A stretch of DNA of 64,000 nt from Planctomycetota bacterium (GTDB lineage: Bacteria; Planctomycetota; Phycisphaerae; Sedimentisphaerales; Anaerobacaceae): contig VRUG01000009.1 of NCBI GenBank assembly GCA_019456255.1, positions 20,037 through 84,036 on the forward strand. The letters are read 5' to 3'. This document shows, piece after piece, positions 45,499 to 55,500 of this stretch; position 1 is the stretch's first letter; each line of letters starts with the position of its first letter. The position numbers and the translations under genes were made by a program. The notes under the pieces are model-generated. The model ran no database searches and was not told the origin of the DNA. It saw only the letters and a list, made by a program, of their open reading frames with translations.

Positions 45499-45894
45499 AT
45501 GAGAAGGCGAAGAAGTAAAGGGTTAGCGATAGCGTTGTTTAGAGAGCAGTGGGATTGGCACTTTCATCATCCTACGAAATTTAAAACAGATTGGCCTAGA
45601 TGGAAGTCAAATGGAGGAGACATTCCAGACGCAGAGAACGATTGTTTCTTATGCGAGTGGGTGTCGTCAACTAAGCCAAATGATGACTTGTGTCAAGTGA
45701 AATGTCCGGTTATCTGGTCTTCATCTAGTGGGCATTGTAATGCTGTAGGACGTGGTATGCCAGAAGGAGAGTTCTGTATGTGGGAGCGTGCAAAGACTCC
45801 AAGGCTAAAGAAGAAGTATGCTAAGCTAATAAGAGACTTACCAGAGAGGCCTCCTATAAGCAAGAGTAAGTCGAGTAGAGGTGTAAGGGCTTAG
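45499..45894 (+). CDS. Cys-rich hypothetical protein (tandem paralog B)
   Basis: 131 aa, paralog of 45146..45484. The RBS region gtataggag.gcgaa is also duplicated. Confidence 0.55.
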   Translation: MRRRRSKGLAIALFREQWDWHFHHPTKFKTDWPRWKSNGGDIPDAENDCFLCEWVSSTKPNDDLCQVKCPVIWSSSSGHCNAVGRGMPEGEFCMWERAKTPRLKKKYAKLIRDLPERPPISKSKSSRGVRA

Positions 45895-46099
45895 TATAGG
45901 AGCGCGAAGAAGGCCTCATGAGATAGAGTACATGTAAGTAGAACAGACAGTCCTAGAGAGTCTCCTTGGATAGTATAGTAGTAGAGAGAGATGGAGAGAG
46001 TATGATGTTATATGTATGTTTGGGAGATGTAGGAGTGGAGAGGGAAATTAGAGAATTGAGACGACTCTATAACCGTACTCTCCTGTTTCACTCGCACAC

Positions 46100-46350
46100 G
46101 TCACGTGTCGACGTCGAGTCGTGTGTAACGACGTTAGCCAGTCGACTGCTAGTAGCGACGTTGTCTTATCGACTAATACTAGTGTCAACAGTGGTTCTAA
46201 CTGATCGACTAGTCGACGCTACACGAGTACTACTAGCAGTCGATTATTACTATCAGTCGTACCGACTAGTAGTAGCGACGTTGACGTGTGCGACTAGTCG
46301 ACTACTAGCAGTCGTATCGACTAGTAGTAGCGACGTAGAGCAGTCGACGA
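46100..46350. repeat. dense array of direct and inverted short repeats (iteron-like; candidate origin, pac or operator region)
   Basis: The 21-mer cgact(a/g)(g/c)tagtagcgacgt(t/a)g occurs at 46143, 46263 and 46318. Its half-site in inverted orientation (actactagcagtcg) occurs at 46229 and 46301. The perfect palindrome cgactagtcg occurs at 46206 and 46291. There are five GTCGAC sites. G-rich then A/T-rich tracts follow (46360-46490). Confidence 0.75.
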
Positions 46351-46495
46351 CTCAACGAGCCGATGGGGGCGGCCCTGTCCGTTATAAGCGAAATCGTTTT
46401 TCATTTGGGCGTGGGAGGGGGGATGCGATTTACAATACCAAAAAAAAATCTAAAAATTTCCCAAAAAAGATTATATAAAAATTCGAGGTTCTACT

Positions 46496-46774
46496 ATGAA
46501 GTACATACACTACATGCGAGAAGGTACAGAGTACAGGAATGGTATAAACTACAACTTCAAGTCAAGTCCGCTTATTGTCAGAGTAGCACTTTTTGTTAGG
46601 TATAAGCGTACTGCTATTAAACTTAGGTTGTGGTTCGACCGTAGTTTTCGAAAACCCCACGTTTCTATCTACGCCGGGTCTTACAAAAACACGTGGTCGT
46701 ACAGTAGGGAACGTTACTTACGCCTCAGTAATGGTTTCTGTTGGTATACTCGTAAATGGAGTTATAAATTCTAA
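46496..46774 (+). CDS. hypothetical very basic/aromatic protein
   Basis: 92-aa ORF, R/K/Y/W-rich, with a weak RBS (gagg). Coding status is uncertain. Confidence 0.3.
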   Translation: MKYIHYMREGTEYRNGINYNFKSSPLIVRVALFVRYKRTAIKLRLWFDRSFRKPHVSIYAGSYKNTWSYSRERYLRLSNGFCWYTRKWSYKF

Positions 46775-46791
46775 AAAAATGAGGTAAAACT

Positions 46792-46983
46792 ATGTGTGAT
46801 CAATGCAAAAAAGTATGCGATGATGATTGTAGGAACTGTAAAATCGAATGTTCACGTAGAAGCAGTATATGTCCTCATTGTGGAGTAACGATACTGCATA
46901 ACGTCTTCGCGCGTGGTTGCCCCACGAAACAGGAAAAAAACGTTGGTAGACATATGGGTTTCACATTCGAGACGAAAAGGTAA
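46792..46983 (+). CDS. Cys-rich zinc-finger mini-protein
   Basis: 63 aa with CDQC..C...C.NC..EC...CPHC. Confidence 0.4.
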   Translation: MCDQCKKVCDDDCRNCKIECSRRSSICPHCGVTILHNVFARGCPTKQEKNVGRHMGFTFETKR

Positions 46984-47114
46984 CTAACATGGAAATACAA
47001 CTAGTTAAGGAAATAGTATTCGTACCTCCGTACAGTTACATAATTGCGGGAGTACTGTTGTTCGTTTTAGGAATACTGACAATTAAACTGCTAAAGAAAT
47101 AAGGAGGGTAAGTT

Positions 47115-47480
47115 ATGAATTCAGTAGAAGTAGGGAAATCGAAGTTGTTGGAGACGTTGAAAGAGAACAGGGATAAGCACCAAGAACGTTTTAAGAAGGC
47201 TCTAGAAGACTGGAAACTAGTAGTTACTCATGAACTTCAAAAGTCTGTACAAATGGCGCTAGAGGGAAAGGAATTCAGAACGCATCTTGAACTCCCGAAA
47301 CCTAGTAACCACACTCCAGAATATGACAGTATTATCGACCAAGTAGACTGGCACGAAGATTCGTTAATTGATCTGTCTGTTTCGGAGTTCGAAAACTTCG
47401 TGAGAGATGACTGGAGTTGGAAACAGTCGTTTCTTAGTGGTTGTAGTACTTACGCTTTCGCAAGTATGCCACTAAAATAA
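47115..47480 (+). CDS. hypothetical protein
   Basis: 121 aa after aaggaggg. Confidence 0.5.
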   Translation: MNSVEVGKSKLLETLKENRDKHQERFKKALEDWKLVVTHELQKSVQMALEGKEFRTHLELPKPSNHTPEYDSIIDQVDWHEDSLIDLSVSEFENFVRDDWSWKQSFLSGCSTYAFASMPLK

Positions 47481-47637
47481 CATTTCGTACTACTAAGTAG
47501 GAAAGGAGGTGCATGATGAAATGACTCTAAAATAGGAGGTTCATCATGGAAATATTCCCGAAGAGGAATCGCAAAGGTGGCCGAAAGAACAGAAAGCACG
47601 GCCGTATGTCTAGGAAAACCGTCCCACAAGAGGTACA

Positions 47638-48261
47638 ATGCAGAAGAAAGCTGGAAGAAAAACAAGGAACGTCGCATTGAAAGGGAAAGAAGACGTCAAA
47701 CTAAACTCCATAACTAAAGTCTGTAAAGTCTGTGAAAAGGAAAAAGACGCCTTGTCTGAATTCCATAAGCAGAAAGGCGGGAAGTATGGAGTTCGGAGCC
47801 TATGTAAAGTGTGCGCGTGTAATAGTAGACGCGCACACTACGACGCTAATTCGGACTTGTATAAAACCGAGCCATACAGGGTAAAGCAGAGGAAAATATA
47901 CAAGAATTATTACCAGCGTCATAGGGAAAGACTAGTAGAGAGAAGTCATACTGAACATAGACGTAAAATAAACTTAAAAGCAACTAGAAAGTACGCAGTA
48001 GAACATTCTGAAAGGATACGTAAAAGTAGCCGCGAACGTGGTGGAGGGTATCGTAAAGATCTGGCAAATAACTACGTTAGATTGCTAATTCGTGTCTCTA
48101 CTGGTGTAGAAAACTCTAGGATTACCCCAGAAATGGTAAAACTAAAGCGAGATCAGGTAACAATACGTCGGGAAGTTACAAAAGCCAGGAGGGTTCTATA
48201 TGGCGTTAATCAAACAGGAAATAGACGAGTTAAGAGATCTGCTAAAAAAGTACAACAATAA
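47638..48261 (+). CDS. basic zinc-finger protein
   Basis: 207 aa with CKVCEKEK..L.EF......G....CKVC and an R/K-rich tail. A 44-aa basic ORF with a strong RBS (47546-47680) overlaps its start. Confidence 0.45.
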   Translation: MQKKAGRKTRNVALKGKEDVKLNSITKVCKVCEKEKDALSEFHKQKGGKYGVRSLCKVCACNSRRAHYDANSDLYKTEPYRVKQRKIYKNYYQRHRERLVERSHTEHRRKINLKATRKYAVEHSERIRKSSRERGGGYRKDLANNYVRLLIRVSTGVENSRITPEMVKLKRDQVTIRREVTKARRVLYGVNQTGNRRVKRSAKKVQQ

Positions 48262-48589
48262 GGAAGTTAGTTCAGACGAAGTTCATGTTAATATTGAAAT
48301 ATACTCCCAGATCGAAAAACGTATGAGATTAGCAATTCAAGGTGCCGTTATAGGAGTTAAACATGGCAAGTTCGCTGAGGATTTGTTAGTTGAAACTAAC
48401 TTAATTGGTTCATCAGTGGACGTGATAGATACTGTTGATGCATTTGAAAAGGAGAAGTTGAAGAATCCTTGCCTAGATTGCGAAATGCGAGACAAGGATA
48501 AGAATAATTCGAAGTGTAAAGACTGTGAGGATAGGATTAGTTACGTAAATGCTATTACACATGACGAACATGAAACTCTAGGAACGTAA
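48200..48589 (+). CDS. hypothetical protein with C-terminal CxxC pairs
   Basis: 129 aa with CLDC...CKDC. Confidence 0.45.
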   Translation: MALIKQEIDELRDLLKKYNNKEVSSDEVHVNIEIYSQIEKRMRLAIQGAVIGVKHGKFAEDLLVETNLIGSSVDVIDTVDAFEKEKLKNPCLDCEMRDKDKNNSKCKDCEDRISYVNAITHDEHETLGT

Positions 48590-48599
48590 AGGGGGAATT

Positions 48600-48800
48600 A
48601 TGTCACACGCAGAAATATGTCAAGTTTGTGGCGGTTCGGGAACTTATGGAAGCGATAAAAAACCCTGCCATGGATGTGGTGGATTTGGCTGGGTTACTGT
48701 TGGTCTTGAATATTCAACTCCATCACCTTCTACAGGTTGGTGTACTTGCCATTTAAAAGGAAAGACAACGGCTGAGATGCCTTGTCCTACACATGGCTAA
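48600..48800 (+). CDS. DnaJ-type CxxCxGxG zinc-finger mini-protein
   Basis: CQVCGGSG...CHGCGGFG. Confidence 0.5.
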   Translation: MSHAEICQVCGGSGTYGSDKKPCHGCGGFGWVTVGLEYSTPSPSTGWCTCHLKGKTTAEMPCPTHG

Positions 48801-49045
48801 TGAAAAATAACATACGGAAAAAACTAATACACTGCCTTCGAAATCCAAGTAGAATACACGTTATATCTGCAAGAAGTAAGTGGTCGGTAAGGCGAGAAAC
48901 TAGTAAGAGAGCTATCAAAATAGTTTCTTCTAGAGAAAGTGCCGTTCAAGTTGCTTTACTAGCTAAAGACTGGACTACGATCGTTGTTCACGACGTAAAC
49001 GGCGAAACCGATTTTCGAACAGTAAAGGAGTACGTTCTGAGATGA
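48800..49045 (+). CDS. DUF2188-like protein
   Basis: [34 protein letters not shown]...IVVHDVNGE fits the DUF2188 pattern. TAATG-coupled. Confidence 0.4.
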   Translation: MKNNIRKKLIHCLRNPSRIHVISARSKWSVRRETSKRAIKIVSSRESAVQVALLAKDWTTIVVHDVNGETDFRTVKEYVLR

Positions 49046-50895
49046 AGAAAGTTACTCCAGTACCAAGAAGAAAAAAAATCCCACAAAAGAAAGTCATACC
49101 TAGTCAAAAGTTCTTAGATCAGACTAGTCATTTACCTCCAGATGACGTGTGTGTTGAGGCGCTATGTTATTACATCAAAAATAGACGGTATCCAAGTGAT
49201 TGGTTCGAGTTACCTATAGAATCTGATACTGGGTTTACGTACTTCGGAGAAATATTCGCCGAAAGTTTTGATAGAAGGTATAGAGTTAAGAATTGCCACG
49301 AAGAGTTGTTTCAATGCTTAATAGAAAACGGCATCGAAGATAGAGCGGTTTTATATTGGTATATCACTGAATTCCTTAACTTAAATATTCCAAGGCAAAG
49401 AACATGTGAGTTGTTTAATCCGGATAAACACGAGGCAGACTATCCTCATTGTTCTCCCTTCGATTTAGTAGCGGACATGTTCTTTGAGGAGGTAAGGAAC
49501 GTTATAGTTTTCGCGAATAGAACTGGCGGGAAAACGACTAATGTAGCAGTGTTAAATCACTTAGATATGGCATTTAAAGGCGGTTGTGAGGTTGCCAGTG
49601 CTGGAGCTATTAAAGAGCAAGCAAATAAGGTTTACAAGTACTTTTTGGGGTTTCATAAGAACTCGACTCTAAGTAGTTTGTATGAGAGGATTCCTACGAA
49701 ATCTAAGACGATCTACACCAATCACTCAGAACAGGAAGTTATTACTGGAACCGTGACTGGTTTGAATTCTCCTCATCCCCAGAAAGTGCGGTTAGATGAG
49801 GTTGAGTTGATTGAATGGGACGTAATCCAAGAAGCACATAGTATGAGTATGAGTAAAGAGGGAATTACTGGTCAAAACCTGTTTCTTAGTACTAGAAAGT
49901 ACGACTCCGGAACCTTTCAGAGACTACTTGAAGAAGCCGACGATACTGGAATGGTCGTTTATTCTTGGTGTATATGGGAAATCTTAGAGAAGTGCACTTT
50001 CGATTGTAAGGAAAAGACTGAAGACGAGTGCCCAGTTTGGGGTAAACCAGTAGTCTGTAGAGGGATGGCGCATAGCTGTACTGGGTACTACAAGATAGAA
50101 GACTTTATCGACAAAGTCAGAATGTTAAATAAGGACGTTCTAGACGCTCAATGGTTCAACAAGAAGCCTAGTACTGAGTTTTTAGTCTATGGAAAAAATT
50201 GGAATAAAGGAGTTCATTACGTTCCCGACGTTCAGTCAATAGATTTTAGTGAACATACAATAACAATGAGCTCTGTTGACTTTGGAAGTAGTCCTGGTCA
50301 TCCCTTTGTGTACCAGAAGGCCATAGTTGATTTTGCTGACGTTGTTAGGGCGATAGAAGAGGTCGATGAAACTGTTGAGGAGTTAAAATTCAAGTTGAAG
50401 TTTGCTATCTACTACGAATATAGGTCTGCTAGTAGTACTATGGCGAATCATTCCCAGATGATAAAGAACAGTCCAGATTATAAGAAGGGAGAAATAATAT
50501 TTGCTGATCCCTCTGCTAAACAGGCAAGAATAGACCTTGACATGATCTATAATATAGAGACGTATTCTGCAGTAAATGCGTTAGAAGATGGAATTGATGT
50601 TGTCAGAGCTCATTTAGATACGTACTTTGATTATGGAGATGGCGCGAAAGAGAAGAGTTATTACTATATAATAGACAGGTATCTCGATTCAGACTTACCT
50701 GGTACCGAAATCGAATTTGAAAAGTACAAGTATCCGCGTGGTATTGACGGAAAACCTATTAGAAGAAAACCTATCCCTATGGATGACCACGGGCTTGATT
50801 GTTCGCGGTACATTATCCAGTCTGCTTATCATATTATTTTAGAAATAGCTTATCCTGAACAAGAAAATGTAGAAGAGTCTGGTTACTGGTTTTAA
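49042..50895 (+). CDS. terL: terminase large subunit
   Basis: 617 aa. ANRTGGKTT (Walker A), [10 protein letters not shown] (Walker B), FADPSA and [10 protein letters not shown] nuclease-domain acidic motifs. Lies immediately upstream of the portal gene. Confidence 0.8.
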   Translation: MKKVTPVPRRKKIPQKKVIPSQKFLDQTSHLPPDDVCVEALCYYIKNRRYPSDWFELPIESDTGFTYFGEIFAESFDRRYRVKNCHEELFQCLIENGIEDRAVLYWYITEFLNLNIPRQRTCELFNPDKHEADYPHCSPFDLVADMFFEEVRNVIVFANRTGGKTTNVAVLNHLDMAFKGGCEVASAGAIKEQANKVYKYFLGFHKNSTLSSLYERIPTKSKTIYTNHSEQEVITGTVTGLNSPHPQKVRLDEVELIEWDVIQEAHSMSMSKEGITGQNLFLSTRKYDSGTFQRLLEEADDTGMVVYSWCIWEILEKCTFDCKEKTEDECPVWGKPVVCRGMAHSCTGYYKIEDFIDKVRMLNKDVLDAQWFNKKPSTEFLVYGKNWNKGVHYVPDVQSIDFSEHTITMSSVDFGSSPGHPFVYQKAIVDFADVVRAIEEVDETVEELKFKLKFAIYYEYRSASSTMANHSQMIKNSPDYKKGEIIFADPSAKQARIDLDMIYNIETYSAVNALEDGIDVVRAHLDTYFDYGDGAKEKSYYYIIDRYLDSDLPGTEIEFEKYKYPRGIDGKPIRRKPIPMDDHGLDCSRYIIQSAYHIILEIAYPEQENVEESGYWF

Positions 50896-50928
50896 GAAGT
50901 TGCTCAAACTGACTACTATTATGGATAA

Positions 50929-50953
50929 TAACAATAATTATTAATTATTGTTA
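50929..50953. promoter_or_regulatory. perfect 12-bp-arm AT-rich palindrome between terminase and portal genes
   Basis: taacaataatta-t-taattattgtta (50929-50953) is fully self-complementary around t50941. Confidence 0.4.
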
Positions 50954-50978
50954 AAGTTCCTTATTAGGGAGGAATTCA

Positions 50979-52523
50979 ATGTTTGACATATGGAGGCTTA
51001 AACGTAAGTTAGTTAGAGAGAACCTTGAGTTTGAAACTAATCAATTAGCAGTCGCTAATTCAACTCTTGAAAACGCTCTTGAGGCTAGTAGAAGAGTCCA
51101 AGAGGAACCTGACCATAATATGTGGTTCCAACATGGACAAGGAAGTGATATTGGAACTGGGACGAGTTTGTTGAGCTCCGGTTTTAGTAAATACGACCAT
51201 TACCAGATGCTTGACGAGTCTTGGAGGCAGTACCATACAAACTTGTTTGCTAGGGCCGTTGTCAGAAATCTTGGTAAGTTTATTTTGGGAAGGGGTCCAA
51301 CAATTAAACCAGTTTCTAAGAATGTAAAGGTAATGGAGAAGTGGAATGAGTTCGTGATGGACAACGCTTGGTCTCTTAGGGAGAAGGAATTAGTAAATCG
51401 AGTTTTCCGAGACGGAGAAGTATTCCTCAGATTTTTTGTAGACGAAAATAATGGCAAGATCAAAACTAGGTTTATTAGAGCCCAGACCGTCAGGAACCCG
51501 CCTAGTAGTTCTGAATGGAATAAGGGGGAAGTCGTTTCTTTTGGTGTCGGAACTAATCCCGACGACGTAGAAGAGCCATTAACTTACTATATATGTAATC
51601 CTATGGATGGTAGTTTAAAAGAAAAGATTGATGCCAAAGACGTTTTGCATATTAAGATACTTACGGATTCCGATATGAAGAGGGGAATTAGTTTTCTCTT
51701 AATTGCACTTCCAATGTTAGGTAAGTACTCTAGTTGGCTTGATGATAGGGTTATACTTAACAAAACTAGGTCTGCTATTGCTCTTATAAAGACGATAGAA
51801 GGGAATAGTGGAGTCGTTACTAATATCCGAGATAATCAGCGAGCAGAGACCCAGGATTTTGACAAGAACAAGTTGAAGGCCTTTCGCCCTGGAACCGTCT
51901 TGACTGCTACTAAGGGGATAACTTACGACATGTTGTCCCCGAAGATAAATGCAGCAGACGTGAAAGACGATGGGCGGTCAATGTTGCTAGCAGTAGCAGC
52001 GGGGTGTGGACTGCCTGAGATGATGCTAACGGCCGACTACAGTAATGCGAATTACTCGAGTAGTATGATAGCTCAGAATCCTTTTGTTAGAGAAGTAGAA
52101 GATTGGCAAGACTTCTTTGCGTATCCCTATAAACTTACTTTTGCTCGAGTTATTCAAGCTAATATCGACTTTGGTGAATTGCCAGAGAACGAAGAAACTG
52201 GGTGTGAGGTTGAGTTCCCTCCTCTTATTACTGCAGATACCCTTAAGAACAATAAAGCAAGAGAAATACAACATAAGAATAAAATTATTTCTAAAAAAAC
52301 TTGGCAAATGAAAGAGGGATTAGATCCAGAGACAGAAGAAGATAATATGGGTGACGAACAAGATAAAGACATTTACAAGACCCCATTTAACATGCCTACC
52401 GAGCCAGTCAACCAGTTTGGTGCTGAGGATGATGAGGTAGACGAGGAGCTTGAGGATGATGAAGAGTATGATGAATTAGAGGATGAAGAAGTAGATCCTG
52501 ATGAAGAAGACGAGCCTGAATAA
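50979..52523 (+). CDS. portal protein
   Basis: 514 aa, positioned between terL and the MuF-like gene. Strongly acidic C-terminal tail. Confidence 0.7.
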   Translation: MFDIWRLKRKLVRENLEFETNQLAVANSTLENALEASRRVQEEPDHNMWFQHGQGSDIGTGTSLLSSGFSKYDHYQMLDESWRQYHTNLFARAVVRNLGKFILGRGPTIKPVSKNVKVMEKWNEFVMDNAWSLREKELVNRVFRDGEVFLRFFVDENNGKIKTRFIRAQTVRNPPSSSEWNKGEVVSFGVGTNPDDVEEPLTYYICNPMDGSLKEKIDAKDVLHIKILTDSDMKRGISFLLIALPMLGKYSSWLDDRVILNKTRSAIALIKTIEGNSGVVTNIRDNQRAETQDFDKNKLKAFRPGTVLTATKGITYDMLSPKINAADVKDDGRSMLLAVAAGCGLPEMMLTADYSNANYSSSMIAQNPFVREVEDWQDFFAYPYKLTFARVIQANIDFGELPENEETGCEVEFPPLITADTLKNNKAREIQHKNKIISKKTWQMKEGLDPETEEDNMGDEQDKDIYKTPFNMPTEPVNQFGAEDDEVDEELEDDEEYDELEDEEVDPDEEDEPE

Positions 52524-55500
52524 TGGCTGCTGTAAATTCTGAGCTTCGCGATTTAATATTAAAGAGACAACACTACATTCAGTCTTTTGAGAATGGTAGT
52601 ATACGTGACATTGCTGCCCACTACGATGCTGCTAAACCTGCCCTTGTTACACAACTTGCCCGCCTGCAATCCTTTGAAGAAAGATCTGGCCTTGTACAAC
52701 CTACCTTGCAATTCAGAATGAATCGTCTTAATGCTCAAATTAACGAGATAGACGTTGTTGTAAAATCTGCTAATAGGGGTGCGATAAATTCCCTTACTAG
52801 CGACTTAGAAGGATTTGCTAGATTAGAGAAGGGACATTACGAAGGTCTCTTAGGTGCCCAGTTTGGAGCAATAGGAGTGAACATTGTTAGGATTCCTTTT
52901 GAACACGTAGACCGGATGGTTAGGACTCCACTTGGTGGACTTGTCTACAATGAACGAATGTTCAACACTTATAGAAGCGCCATGACGGAAATGAAGAGTG
53001 AACTAACTCAGTCTTTGATCTTAGGCGAAGATATGGCAAAGGCGTCGAGGCGATTAGTAGGAGTTGGTGATAGATTTGGTGGGACGGTTGGGAGGAAGTT
53101 AAAAGAGAGGGCGGAGGTAATAGCAAGGACTGAAATAATTAGAGTTAGCAATGAAGTTAGTTCTGGTATTTACGACGCTAATACAGATGTCCTTAAAGGT
53201 ATGCAATACATAGCAACCTTGGATAATCGTACATGTTTAGTATGTGCTAGAAGTGATGGGAAAGTTTTCTACTTTAACAAGAACCCAATAAGTCAAGGGG
53301 AGAAGCCAACAAGACATCCAAGGTGTAGATGTTCGCTTATGCCTGTTTCTAAGACGTGGAAAGAGTTAGGCGCAGATATGCAAGAACCTCTAGAGGGTGG
53401 TAGACCTTTTGTTTACAAAGGAAAACCTCCACCTGGGTTAAGTAAAAGGATGTTACAGTTCCGTGGAAACCCTACACGTTGGTCTGGCCAAGTTCCAGCG
53501 TCGCTTAAATACCCAGATTGGTTAAAAGCAATGGATATTGACGACCCAGAGTTTGTTCGTGATATCCTTGGTAATAAGAAGTACGGGTTGTGGCGGAGTG
53601 GAAAAGTCCAACTTAAAGAGATGGCTAAGAACAATAAGGTTCTTACGCTAAAACAACTTGACGACTTAGTTGGCGGCCAGTACGTTTATGGTCCTCCTTT
53701 AGCAAAGGCTCCAATAGGTGCTACCAGACAAGTAGAGTGGGAAATAGCAAAGAAGAACCTTGACGATTACATGGACTACATGAGGGGTTTAAAGACTACT
53801 AGAATAGATCCAGCAGATATTACTGGTGCCCAGATTGACGAACTAATAAGTACTGTTAAGGGTGGCCCTAAACTTACTACTCATAGGTTTTTAAAAGGAT
53901 TAAGAGAAAAAGAAAGAGGTGCTGCTAAAAAACTTGGAAAGAAAGTTCCCGAACCTAAAGTAGTAGTACCTAAAGCTACAAAAGTTACTCCACCATCCTT
54001 CGTAGAGAAAGAATTAAAGAAAGAAGCGGCAAAGAAGTCTAAAGCGTTAGAAAAAGTTGAAGAGGAAATTGGTGTTGAAAATGAGGTAACTAGTTACTTG
54101 ACTGGGGAAATCGAATTTATGGAGAGAAGGTTAAAGGCAAGTGATGTGGATCTTGACATAAAAGTAAATATTGAAAAAGAGCTTGCTGGCTACAAAAAGG
54201 TAATTAAAAGCAGAGACGACTACGACATTGCTTACAACAACTATGTAGCGGTACTTAGTGAAGATGCTTATAAAAAAGAACGAAGGAATCTATTTAAGTC
54301 AATTGTTGATGTTGAAGACATTGAAGATGAAGTAGAGGCACGTAGGTTACTTAATCTAATAGTTGATGAGACTAGTTATATTCCAGCTGACTTGTTAGCT
54401 GACATGAAAACTCACTCAAAACTTAGATTTGAGATTTTAGACGAGACTGGTCGTGCTAATTTCGATCCGACTGGGGGAGAACCACTTAAAATTTCTTTGT
54501 TTACTAAAAGGGATGTAACTGGAAAGTGGGACTTGGAAGCTCCGTCGCATGAACTTGCCCATGCTATAGACAATCATTTTAGTGGTACTAACGGAAGTGT
54601 TGGGATGGAATGGCAGACTGGTAAATTTGTTGCTTCCAAAGAAGGAGATGATATACGTAAATGGTTTGACGGTCATAAAACTGGTAAAATTGGAGAGTAT
54701 GAAAATGGAGATGGTGAATTTTGGAGAGATAATTGGATAGATGATTACGAAGGTAGATACTACGATGACGTTGATGGAGATGGAGTAGAATGGTGGTCTG
54801 TAAACGTGCACCGGTACCAGGGGTACTTATCTGAAAAAAGGTCACTTACGAAAAAACTTTTAGATGAAGTTGATCCTTCTGATAAAAGTTTTCTTGCGTT
54901 AGTTAAAAAAGTAGACGACGAAGCCCTTAAGTCTACGGAGTGGGGAAAAGCTAAAAACTTTTATCCAAATCTTACAAAACATATTGAGAAAAAGTTTGAT
55001 CCTGAAAAAAGGTTCATGTCCTTTATACCAGGGAAGGTTACAAAGAAGGTAGTACCACCAGTAGTGAAGCCACCTCTTAAGGTCGTAAAAAAGAAGGTAG
55101 TACCGAAAAAAGTAGTAGTGCCTACTCCTACGCCTACGGGAATAGTTGCACCTCCTCAACAAGTTTTTGATTCTTTAGACTTTGTGCGCGATTTAATATT
55201 ATCTGGTGGAAAACCAAATAAGAAAGTTTTTGATCTGGTTACTAGTGCTGGTGTTGACTGGTTGGATCAAACTGTGACTAAAGGTACGTATAGGTTGTAT
55301 CGTGGGATTGGTCTAATTGAGGATAGGTTAACTGCTTCTCAGATTAGAATTGTTAACTCTTTAAAAGATGGCGACGAACTTCCAAGTTTTTTATTTAAAC
55401 AACACGTTAATGTCGCTTCTTATACTAAAAAGAAATCTCTAGCGAAGTCTTATTCGGAAGGTAAGATGCAAATTGTAGTAGAAGTTGACGCCCCTAGTGG

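Noticed and set aside
46100-46350. Possible CRISPR array
   Set aside because: The repeats are short (10-21 nt), irregularly spaced, in both orientations and partly overlapping. There is no regular repeat-spacer periodicity, and I recognised no Cas-like proteins in the window.
45966-46478. 170-aa ORF spanning the repeat field
   Set aside because: Its sequence (RLLVATLSYRLILVSTVV...SRLLAVVSTSSSD) is a low-complexity read-out of the DNA repeats. It has a TTG start, no RBS and no protein-like motif, so the region is treated as non-coding repeat DNA.
52420-52523. Acidic D/E-rich low-complexity tract at the portal C-terminus as a DNA tandem repeat
   Set aside because: It is a codon-level compositional bias (gat/gag/gaa) rather than a defined nucleotide repeat unit, and it is consistent with an acidic protein tail.
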